From Nemertoderma westbladi (Eukaryota; Animalia; Xenacoelomorpha), in the NCBI GenBank assembly GCA_032718475.1, contig JAUCBJ010000175.1, positions 1 to 41,060 on the forward strand: a stretch of 41,060 nucleotides of DNA. The letters run 5' to 3'. The notes below the pieces were generated by a model, which ran no database searches, had not been told where the DNA came from, and worked only from the letters and a program-made list of their open reading frames with translations. Made by a program: the position numbers and the translations under genes. Positions 1-8,950 of the stretch are shown here, one piece after another (positions within the stretch are counted from its first letter, which is position 1; the number at the start of each line of letters is the position of its first letter).

Positions 1-470
1 GTGTAGCTGGAACCTGACAGAATCTCATGTATCATACTGCTTGGTTTGTTGATTTGGCAACAGCAGTCGTGGAGTTGGCAATCAATATAATATATGCGTG
101 ATGCGTGTAGTTGGTGGCCACGTTGTCAGCATATACAGTATACAGTGGTTGGTTGCATGGATAGGAAATAACTATGGAAATATTCGTATACGTGTAGCTA
201 GAACGTGGCGGAATTTCAACACGTATCATAATAGCGTTGGGGTAGGTAGGCCGCTCGGTTGGTTGGTTTGGTGACAGCCGTCGAGGAGTAGCCGTGCGTG
301 GCTAGCGGTGGTTGTGAGTAGGCAATCGATTCGATATAATAGCGTAGTGGGGGCTAGCCATGCGATGAGAAGTTTGGGTACGTGAAGATGAATATGCGAT
401 GGTTGGTTGATGCAACGACGCGAATCAATACTCGCGGGTGGTAACAGTTGTCGAGTAAGGCAGACATCGC
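1..470. repeat. Degenerate G/T-skewed tandem repeat, period about 190-215 bp
   Basis: gtgtagctggaacctgacagaat (1) vs gtgtagctagaacgtggcggaat (192); gcttggtttgttgatttggcaacagcagtcgtggagt (39) vs gctcggttggttggtttggtgacagccgtcgaggagt (253); weaker third copy near 435-460. Confidence 0.5.
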
Positions 471-719
471 GAGGTTAGGCTACGCGTAGGTGATAAGCAA
501 CGATTGGTTGAAGGCAACAATACTGTTGGTGACAGATGGTCATTAAACACCACGATTTAGCACCGGAATTTGGCATTTTTTAATTGCCTCCGAGATGCGT
601 GCCGTAGCCCAAGCTAGGGAGGAGTATGGTGAAAACTATGCTTCTCCTACTACTAGCAGGTTAGGAAATAATGGTTAAACTGTTGAGAAAAAAAAGGCTG
701 AAAAGAAAGGACATAGTGA

Positions 720-1115
720 TTAAACTAACTCGGGGAACAGAGGTTAGTACAGCGGTTACATACAGTAACTGAGGAACAAAGGTTAGGACAGTTATTAAAC
801 TAACTAAATGAGGAACAAAGGTTAGGACAGCGGTTAAACTAACTGATGAACAAAGGTTAGGACAGCGGTTAAACTAACTGATGAACAAAGGTTTATGACA
901 GCGGTTAACTACAGTAACTGAGGAACAAAGGTTAGGACAGTTATTAAACTAACTGAGGAACAAAGGTTAGGGTAGTTATTAAACTAACTGAGGAACAAAG
1001 GTTAGGGCAGTTATTAAACTAACTGAGGAACAAAGGTTAGTACAGTGGCTAAACTAACTGAGTAATAAAGGTTAGGACACCGGTTAAACTAACTGATGAA
1101 CAAAGGATAGGACCG
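720..1115. repeat. 35-bp minisatellite (aaactaactgaggaacaaaggttaggacagcggtt), about 11 units
   Basis: Tandem units directly visible; 2-3 more degenerate units resume at about 1618-1720. Confidence 0.9.
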
Positions 1116-1121
1116 TGTTTA

Positions 1122-1595
1122 CCTGTTACCACCCCCCCCCCCCCCTCAGTTACACCAACAGAATTTCCACTATGTAGTTGGTTATAAAAAGCCGTCTCTG
1201 TAACCTGCTCCTTTCCCTCAATTGGTAACAACATCGTTTATTGTTTTGGTTCGAAAAAGCGGTCTCTCTAACCTGCTCCTTTCCCACAATTGGTAACAAC
1301 ATCGTTTATTGTTTTGGTTAGAAAAAGCCGTCTCTGTAACATGCTCCTTTACTTGAATTGGTAACAACATCGTTAATTGTTTTGGTTAGAAAAAGCCGTC
1401 TCTGTAAGCTGCTCCTTCCTCTCGATTGGTAACAACATCGTTTATTGTTTTGGTTAAAAAAAGCTGATTCAGTAAATTGCTCCTTTCCCTCAATTGGTAA
1501 CTAAAATAGTTACTAACATGAATCACTATCTTCGATGGGGGGGGGGGGGGGGGGTGGGGTATCTGGTAACAGGAATGGGGGGGGGGGGTAACATC
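1122..1595. mobile_element. Putative MITE-like insertion with poly-C/poly-G inverted ends, interrupting the 35-bp minisatellite
   Basis: Left cctgttacc + poly-C; right poly-G + ggtaacagg and poly-G + gtaaca (reverse complements); the 35-bp array lies on both sides. No clear TSD. Confidence 0.5.
1180..1500. repeat. 68-bp tandem repeat, about 4.7 units
   Basis: Unit marker gccgtctctgtaacctgctcc recurs, with variants, at 1191, 1259, 1327, 1395 and 1463 (period 68). Confidence 0.9.
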
Positions 1596-1885
1596 ACAGA
1601 TGTTATGACAGTGGCAGAGGTTAAACTAATTAAGGATAAAAGGTTAGGACAGCGGTTCAACTAGCGGAGGAACAAAGGTTAGTGCATAACGGTTAAACGA
1701 TTGAGTGAAAAACGAATGTTAGAACTAAAACTGGTATTGTTTCATAAAATTATGAATATTGTTTCTTCTTTATTATTTTCATTTTTTTTATTTCAAGTAT
1801 GGAAAATATTTATCAGTATAGCTCGATTAAATTTATGAAGGCTTTCCTGGCTTGACTGCGCGGCATATTATTTCAAATAAGTGGC

Positions 1886-2329
1886 AGTAGTATAGGCTTG
1901 GGCGGCTCGGTGACAGTTAGACCCCACTGACACCCATTGGGTGTCATTGGCGCCAGACTGTCTGGGTGACACCTCCCAATTAGGCTAATTAGACCACAAT
2001 TAACAGGTGTCATCAATGAATTAGTACAATTAAACCCTAATAGGTGTCTTATGACTCCTAGTTAGGGTTTAATTTATTATCCTAATTAATCAGACTGATT
2101 AGCGCCCTGACACACAATGGGTCATCAGTGTTGTCTATCTGTCACCTAGAGGCCCAAGAGTGTGTCATAAGTGACACCTCAGCTCTTTTATTTATTAATA
2201 TTTATTTATTTATATTTAATTTTAAATTAATTAATTGATTTCTATTTTTAGATTTACCAATAATTAGTTTTATATATTACTTTCTAAATGACCTCATTGA
2301 CTTTCATCTCGTTATATTTAGCCCTAGGG
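1886..2329 (+). mobile_element. Left terminus of an older Polinton/Maverick-like TIR (host of the nested insertion)
   Basis: Starts AGTAGT, then ctcggtgacagttagaccccactgacacccattgggtgt, which aligns with ctcggcgacagttggacccacttcgcaccttgggtgt at the same offset in the TIR starting 2330. Also internally palindromic (1897-1955 vs 2100-2158). Confidence 0.6.
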
Positions 2330-3609
2330 AGTAGTAATGGTATGCCACTCTCGGCGACAGTTGGACCCACTTCGCACCTTGGGTGTTAAGTAGGTCATTA
2401 ATTAATTAAACAATTAATTAATTGGTCGATTAAACAATTAATTAATTGTTTAATCAATCGATTTGTATCAAATAATGTTGCCAAAGGCAATTTAATTTGA
2501 CACAAATCAATCAGATAGGGACGCGAGATGAATAAATTGTACTACAGCAAACGAAATATACAACACAATAGGCACTGTACAATACAATATACAATACATT
2601 TGTATTATTTTTGCCATACAGTAGGTAAAGGTAGAATTAAATATAAACATGCGAGCGGGGCCCAAAACATAAATTACCCTCACTCGAAAATAAAGTGGAC
2701 CAGTTTGGCCCTGAGTCATCCCTCAATAATCTGCGGTCGTTGGGCTCTTATTAGACGTAGCATGACTAATCCCTTTGAATCCTATACTGTACGTCAACGC
2801 GTGAATGGGGCCTGCCACAGAGTTTAAATTATTCAAACCTACAGCTGTGGGTGGGGACTGCCTTGGTATGTTGCCTTGATAGCCTTTAGCTTCGTTATCA
2901 TGTAAGATTGGAAACCTTCGGTTTGCATCTTACGCGCCAGCATCACCTCAATCGCACATAGGCCAACTACAACCATTAATTACCGCATATGCGAGCGCAT
3001 ATGTTAATTTAAACCTGCGCGCCTGATCGCACATAATTAAATAAGGCCCTCTTTTAATACATAAGTTATATACAGTTTATCTTCAATTTATTGAATTTGT
3101 TTTTATTTACAACCCTAATTGTTCTACTGTATTATAATTTAAGTTTTATTATAACAAGCTATATCCTGTTAATCTTATTAATTTTATTTGTACTGAGGTT
3201 TTCGAAGGCGCTGTTTCCAATGGTCCTACTCTCAAAACGATCTAACCTACTGTATAATTAATTACTTAAGTCTGCGAGGTATGCGTAAGTAACAAATCTC
3301 GTTTACCAGTTTTCCTTAAAAAATATGAAGCTATATTGCTTAAGATTTCTGAGGGGCGAGCCATGAGGTAAGATGTTTGAGACTTTTTTAGATATATTAT
3401 TACTTAATTTTGACCCCCCAGTCGATATCTATTACAATATAGGCTATATCTTTTTGCGGAGTCACAGAGTAGTCTGAAGATCCGAGTCTGCTGCTAGAGG
3501 GTGAAATGTCTCAAAGTAAAAACCATACGGTAGCTATGAATTGGTTACTAGGCAATAATACTACATTTTGTATAGTTAGGCCTATTGCTGATCGAACGAA
3601 AACTGCCCT

Positions 3610-3682
3610 GGTCCATGTGAGGATTGAACCCACGACCTATTGGAGATGTGAATTCAAAGCAACCACTACACCAAGGTGGAAC
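3610..3682 (-). ncRNA. tRNA-like / SINE-head Pol III cassette in left TIR
   Basis: Minus strand: A box TGGTGTAGTGG, B box GGTTCAATCC, partial acceptor pairing, TTTT 7 nt downstream; D and anticodon arms do not fold canonically. Confidence 0.55.
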
Positions 3683-3750
3683 AGTAACGTTTGAATTTGT
3701 TCGTTAACGTTCGAATTTGTAAGACTCTGATTTAAGACCTGAGGCACTCC

Positions 3751-4203
3751 CCACAGCCACAGCCACAGCCACAACCACAGCCACAGCCACAGCCACAGCC
3801 ACAGCCACAGCCACAGCCACAACCACAGCCACAACCACAGCCACAACCACAGCCACAACCACAGCCACAGCCACAGCCACAGCCACAGCCACAACCACAG
3901 CCACAGCCACAGCCACAACCACAGCCACAGCCACAACCACAGCCACAGCCACAGCCACAGCCACAGCCACAGCCACAGCCACAGCCACAACCACAGCCAC
4001 AACCACAGCCACAGCCACAGCCACAGCCACAGCCACAGCCACAACCACAGCCACAGCCACAGCCACAACCACAGCCACAGCCACAAGCCACAGCCACAGC
4101 CACAACCACAGCCACAGCCACAACCACAGCCACAGCCACAGCCACAACCACAGCCACAGCCACAGCCACAACCACAGCCACAACCACAGCCACAACCACA
4201 GCC
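3751..4203. repeat. (CCACAG/CCACAA)n hexamer array, about 75 units
   Basis: Directly visible; one 7-bp variant unit ccacaag at 4081. Confidence 0.98.
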
Positions 4204-4307
4204 TCACCTTCACCCACTTTATTGTCAAATACGCCTGAGAAAAATTCAAGAAACATCTGGTTTACAATAGATTATTCTTTTTTCACAACTCCATTCTAGC
4301 CTCCCTC

Positions 4308-4343
4308 TATAAAAGCCCCCATTCACCGCATTCTCATTCATTC
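4308..4343 (+). promoter_or_regulatory. TATA box plus initiator for the cargo gene
   Basis: TATAAAAG at 4308-4315 and TCATTC Inr-like motifs at 4334 and 4338 (A at +28/+32 from TATA), about 115 nt upstream of the ATG at 4455. Confidence 0.6.
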
Positions 4344-4454
4344 TCTAATTTTTATTTTTAAAAGTTTTATTTATTTTCATAAAAGTTTTATTTATTTAAA
4401 ATTTTGTAAAATCATTCAGCGAAAATTCATAATATCAATTGACATTGCTATATA

Positions 4455-5213
4455 ATGCCTAGCTATGAAAGATGTTTGGTTTGTAATAAAGAAATGAGAC
4501 GAGACAGTATATCCCGTCATATGAGTATACATAGAAAGGAAGGTGTAATGGAACCATTACCAAAGAAATTAAAAAATAATGATGATATTTTTAGTGAAGA
4601 AGAAAACAAAAAGAGAGTTGAGAGTGATTTTCTAGAGATTAAACAAATGATGAAACATAAATTCGAGAAAATCATGAATATTTTGAAGAATATACAGAAA
4701 CAGCCACATAGTGAAAAGGACGATGAGAGTGAGGAAGAGAATAAATCAGAGGAAAGTGAGAATGATGAAACGGAGAGTGAGATAGAGAAAGAAGAAAATG
4801 AGAGTGGTGGTGAAGAAAATGAGAGCGAGAAAGAAGTCGAGGAACATGAAAGTGGTGAGGATAATGACTCAGATAATGAGGAGATATTAAGACATGTATT
4901 AGGAAATAAAAATAAATTGCAGAAAATAATTAGACAATTGAATGAAATGCAGAAACATTCGCATAAGGAGAGTGATAATGATGGAAATGAGAGTGATGAG
5001 GATGAATCGGAGGAGAGTAGCGATGACAGTGAGGAAGAATCAAAGGAGGGTAGCGATGACAGTGAGGAAGCATCAGAGGAGAATGACAATGAAAATGGAC
5101 AGAAAATCAGAGTAGGGAATGGAAAAGTTATATCTCCAGCAACTGTTGTATATCGACCTAGGATTATGAACAGTAACAGTCGTACAGTTAGTGCGAGACA
5201 GTGCAGAAGATAA
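4455..5213 (+). CDS. Intronless 252-aa protein: N-terminal C2H2-type zinc finger, basic NLS-like patch, two helix-plus-acidic modules
   Basis: CLVC-x11-HMSIH; PKKLK; long E/D/S tracts; ATG start with TATA/Inr upstream and AATAAA downstream. Last residues altered by the 284-bp duplication. Confidence 0.75.
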   Translation: MPSYERCLVCNKEMRRDSISRHMSIHRKEGVMEPLPKKLKNNDDIFSEEENKKRVESDFLEIKQMMKHKFEKIMNILKNIQKQPHSEKDDESEEENKSEESENDETESEIEKEENESGGEENESEKEVEEHESGEDNDSDNEEILRHVLGNKNKLQKIIRQLNEMQKHSHKESDNDGNESDEDESEESSDDSEEESKEGSDDSEEASEENDNENGQKIRVGNGKVISPATVVYRPRIMNSNSRTVSARQCRR

Positions 5214-5484
5214 TTAGACAATTGAATGAAATGCAGAAACATTCGCATAAGGAGAGTGATAATGATGGAAATGAGAGTGATGGGGATGAATCGGAGGAGA
5301 GTAGCGATGACAGTGAGGAAGAATCAGAGGAGAGTAGCGATGACAGTGAGGAAGCATCAGAGGAGAATGACAATGAAAATGGACAGAAAATCAGAGTAGG
5401 GAATGGAAAAGTTATATCTCCAGCAACTGTTGTATATCGACCTAGGATTATGAACAGTAACAGTCGTACAGTTAATGCGAGACA
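4917..5484 (+). repeat. 284-bp near-identical tandem duplication of the 3' part of the cargo ORF
   Basis: 4917-5200 repeated at 5201-5484 with only a few substitutions; second copy is out of frame (track ORF 5201-5488). Confidence 0.95.
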
Positions 5485-5578
5485 TTAATTATAACCGAAA
5501 TATTGTATATGTTTGAAATATTTATTATATTTAGTCGTATTAATTATGTAATTTCATAATAATATGCTTAATTAAACA

Positions 5579-5584
5579 AATAAA
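5579..5584 (+). terminator. Polyadenylation signal of the cargo gene
   Basis: AATAAA followed about 25 nt later by a GT-rich tract (gttttgtgtggtggtggg). Confidence 0.55.
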
Positions 5585-5810
5585 GTCAACTTGATCCTGA
5601 GTTCTGAGTCGTTTTGTGTGGTGGTGGGTAATTGTATTTGTAATTTTAATTTGTGTAATGGTCTAATATATATTATATATTATAAACCACTATAAATGAT
5701 CAGTCCTGTCTGATCCTATTTTAAATGCATAATGAATGAGTAACCAAAACATCAAATTAGTTAAACATTTTGACAACAGATAAACAAATATTCTCCTGTG
5801 GGGAGAAGTG

Positions 5811-6755
5811 GTGGCTGTGGTTGTGGCTGTGGCTGTGGCTGTGGCTGTGGCTGTGGCTGTGGTTGTGGCTGTGGTTGTGGCTGTGGTTGTGGCTGTGGTT
5901 GTGGCTGTGGCTGTGGTTGTGGCTGTGGTTGTGGCTGTGGCTGTGGCTGTGGCTGTGGCTGTGGTTGTGGCTGTGGTTGTGGCTGTGGTTGTGGCTTGTG
6001 GTTGTGGCTGTGGTTGTGGCTGTGGCTGTGGTGTGGTTGTGGCTGTGGTTGTGGCTGTGGCTGTGGCTGTGGTTGTGGCTGTGGTTGTGGCTGTGGCTGT
6101 GGCTGTGGCTGTGGCTGTGGTTGTGGCTGTGGCTGTGGCTGTGGTTGTGGCTGTGGTTGTGGCTGTGGCTGTGGCTGTGGTTGTGGCTGTGGTTGTGGCT
6201 GTGGCTGTGGCTGTGGCTGTGGTTGTGGCTGTGGCTGTGGCTGTGGCTGTGGCTGTGGCTGTGGTGGCTGTGGCTGTGGTTGTGGCTGTGGCTGTGGTTG
6301 TGGCTGTGGCTGTGGTTGTGGCTGTGGCTGTGGTTGTGGTTGTGGCTGTGGCTGTGGTGTGGCTGTGGCTGTGGCTGTGGCTGTGGCTGTGGTTGTGGTT
6401 GTGGCTGTGGTTGTGGCTGTGGTTGTGGCTGTGGCCGTGGTTGTGGCTGTGGTTGTGGTTGTGGCTGTGGTTGTGGCTGTGGCTGTGGCTGTGGCTGTGG
6501 CTGTGGTTGTGGCTGTGGCTGTGGTTGTGGCTGTGGCTGTGGCTGTGGCTGTGGTTGTAGCTGTGGCTGTGGTTGTGGCTGTGGCTGTGGCTGTGGTTGT
6601 GGCTGTGGTTGTGGCTGTGGCTGTGGCTGTGGCTGTGGTTGTGGCTGTGGCTGGGTTGTGCTGTGGCTGTGGCTGTGGTGTGGCTGTGGCTGTGGCTGTG
6701 GTTGTGGCTGTGGCTGTGGCTGTGGCTGTGGTTGTGGCTGTGGCTGTGGCTGTGG
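5811..6755. repeat. (CTGTGG/TTGTGG)n hexamer array, about 157 units
   Basis: Reverse complement of the left array, about twice as long; has the mirrored 7-bp variant (gcttgtgg) near 5995. Confidence 0.98.
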
Positions 6756-6823
6756 GGAGTGCCTCAGGTCTTAAATCAGAGTCTTACAAATTCGAACGTT
6801 AACGAACAAATTCAAACGTTACT

Positions 6824-6896
6824 GTTCCACCTTGGTGTAGTGGTTGCTTTGAATTCACATCTCCAATAGGTCGTGGGTTCAATCCTCACATGGACC
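6824..6896 (+). ncRNA. tRNA-like / SINE-head Pol III cassette in right TIR
   Basis: gttccaccttggtgtagtgg...ggtcgtgggttcaatcctcacatggacc, then TTTT at 6904-6907; mirror of 3610-3682. Confidence 0.55.
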
Positions 6897-8191
6897 AGGG
6901 CAGTTTTCGTTCGATCAGCAATAGGCCTAACTATACAAAATGTAGTATTATTGCCTAGTAACCAATTCATAGCTACCGTATGGTTTTTACTTTGAGACAT
7001 TTCACCCTCTAGCAGCAGACTCGGATCTTCAGACTACTCTGTGACTCCGCAAAAAGATATAGCCTATATTGTAATAGATATCGACTGGGGGGTCAAAATT
7101 AAGTAATAATATATCTAAAAAAGTCTCAAACATCTTACCTCATGGCTCGCCCCTCAGAAATCTTAAGCAATATAGCTTCATATTTTTTAAGGAAAACTGG
7201 TAAACGAGATTTGTTACTTACGCATACCTCGCAGACTTGAGTAATTAATTATACAGTAGGTTAGATCGTTTTGAGAGTAGGACCATTGGAAACAGCGCCT
7301 TCGAAAACCTCAGTACAAATAAAATTAATAAGATTAACAGGATATAGCTTGTTATAATAAAACTTAAATTATAATACAGTAGAACAATTAGGGTTGTAAA
7401 TAAAAACAAATTCAATAAATTGAAGATAAACTGTATATAACTTATGTATTAAAAGAGGGCCTTATTTAATTATGTGCGATCAGGCGCGCAGGTTTAAATT
7501 AACATATGCGCTCGCATATGCGGTAATTAATGGTTGTAGTTGGCCTATGTGCGATTGAGGTGATGCTGGCGCGTAAGATGCAAACCGAAGGTTTCCAATC
7601 TTACATGATAACGAAGCTAAAGGCTATCAAGGCAACATACCAAGGCAGTCCCCACCCACAGCTGGAGGTTTGAATAATTTAAACTCTGTGGCAGGCCCCA
7701 TCCACGCGTTGACGTGCAGTATATGTAGGATTCGATGGGATTAGTCATGCTACGTCTAATAAGAGCCCGAGCAGTCACAGATTATTGAGGGAGTGAGCTG
7801 GGGCCAAACTGGCCCACTTTATTTTCTTGAAAGGGTAATTTATGTTTTGGGCCCCGTTCGCATGTTTATATTTCATTCTATCATTCCTATTGTGCGGCAA
7901 AAATAATACAAATGTATTGTATATTTATTGTATTGCACAGTGCCTACAGTATTGTATATTTCGTTTGCTGTAGTACAATTTATTCATCTCGCGTCCCTAT
8001 CTGATTGATTTGTGTCAAATTAAATTGCCTTTGGCAACATTATTTGATACAAATCGATTGTTTAAACAATTAATTAATTGTTTAATCGACCAATTAATTA
8101 ATTGTTTAATTAATTAATGACCTACTTAACACCCAAGGTGTGAAGTTGGTCCAATTGTCGCCAAGAGTGGCAAACCATTACTACTCTAGGG

Positions 8192-8890
8192 TATTCAGGT
8201 CCTATACTAGTAACTAATTACCCTTATCTATATCCAGACAGCTCTATCGTTGAGCTTTAACCAAGCAGCAGATTTTTAATATTAGTTGTATCCAAGCGCC
8301 CCGCCCCCTCTTGTGACACCTCTGATTACTAATTACTCTTACCTATATCCAGCCGTCTGCAGTTCTATAGTCTGCCGTTAGAGGACGTATTATCTGAAAA
8401 TTAACATCTTCTCTAACTGCGCTATTTACAATCCCCTTAGGTTTAAACTCGGTAGGCATCTACTACGGCATAGGCTTTATCTTTTACGGAGTCGCAGAGT
8501 AGTCTGAAGTTCCCCAGTCTGCCGCTAGAGGGAGAAATGTCTCAAAGTGAAAACCTGATCTCATTTTATTGTTTTTAAACCATTTAGGCTGAAACTTGGT
8601 AGACATCTACTATGGCATAGGCTATACTTTACCGAGGAGGTTAATTGACCCGCAGTTCTCCAGTCTGCCGCTAAAGACTCGGATTTAAGACCTGAGGCAT
8701 TCCTAAAGCCTCGAGTTTTAGGTTTGGGACACAGACTATGCACCAGTGAGGCACAGACTATGACTCACTGAGGCACAGACTATGCCTCACTGAGGCACTG
8801 AGGCACAGACTATGCCTCACTGAGGCACAGACTATGCCTCACTGAGGCACAGACTATGCCTCAGTGAGGCATAGTCTGTGCCTCAGTGAG
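8192..8890 (+). mobile_element. Continuation of the older Polinton-like TIR beyond the nested insertion
   Basis: 8472-8556 aligns with 3441-3523 (ggagtc.cagagtagtctgaag...ctagaggg.gaaatgtctcaaagt.aaaacc) and 8674-8703 with 3721-3750 (gatttaagacctgaggca.tcc), same orientation and order as the left TIR. Confidence 0.7.
8729..8890. repeat. 22-bp minisatellite (gcacagactatgcctcactgag) ending in an inverted unit
   Basis: About 6 direct units, then ctcagtgaggcatagtctgtgcctcagtgag (reverse complement); each unit contains the inverted pair tgaggca...tgcctca. Confidence 0.9.
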
Positions 8891-8950
8891 CTGGAAAGTA
8901 AGCGAACTGGAAAGCTATGGACTCGCAGTGGACCCAGTGGTCACAACTCC

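Larger units (their letters stand above)
2330..4203 (+). repeat. Left TIR (unique part 2330-3750 plus hexamer array)
   Basis: Reverse complement of 5811-8185; identical 62-aa ORFs at 3506-3694(+) and 6812-7000(-) confirm the mirror. Confidence 0.95.
2330..8185. mobile_element. Non-autonomous Polinton/Maverick-like DNA transposon (5856 bp) with giant TIRs
   Basis: Ends 5'-AGTAGT (2330) and ACTACT-3' (8185); perfect 6-bp direct repeat CTAGGG at 2324-2329 and 8186-8191; arms are reverse complements. AG(T)-repeat termini, long TIRs and a 6-bp TSD are established Polinton hallmarks. No pPolB, integrase, ATPase or capsid ORF is present. Confidence 0.85.
5811..8185 (-). repeat. Right TIR (hexamer array plus unique part 6756-8185)
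   Basis: Reverse complement of 2330-4203. Confidence 0.95.

Noticed and set aside
475-576. Minus-strand MPNSGAKSWCL... resembling a CRESS-virus Rep N-terminus
   Set aside because: Stops after about 33 codons; no motif II/III or helicase motifs follow.
1897-2158. Independent MITE suggested by inverted repeats
   Set aside because: Better explained as the subterminal palindrome of the older AGTAGT-starting TIR; no TSD seen.
3506-3694. 62-aa ORF duplicated at 6812-7000
   Set aside because: Identity is due to the TIR; it overlaps the tRNA-like cassette and has no recognisable motif.
4517-5373. Ser/Leu/Phe-rich minus-strand ORFs
   Set aside because: Antisense shadow of the acidic plus-strand ORF.
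5811-6755. Telomeric repeat or bacterial Chi sites
   Set aside because: CTGTGG/TTGTGG is neither TTAGGG-type nor GCTGGTGG, and the arrays are internal to the TIRs.
3637-6869. Poly-WL, poly-VA and poly-CG ORFs
   Set aside because: Translations of the hexamer arrays; open in all frames with no coding signals.
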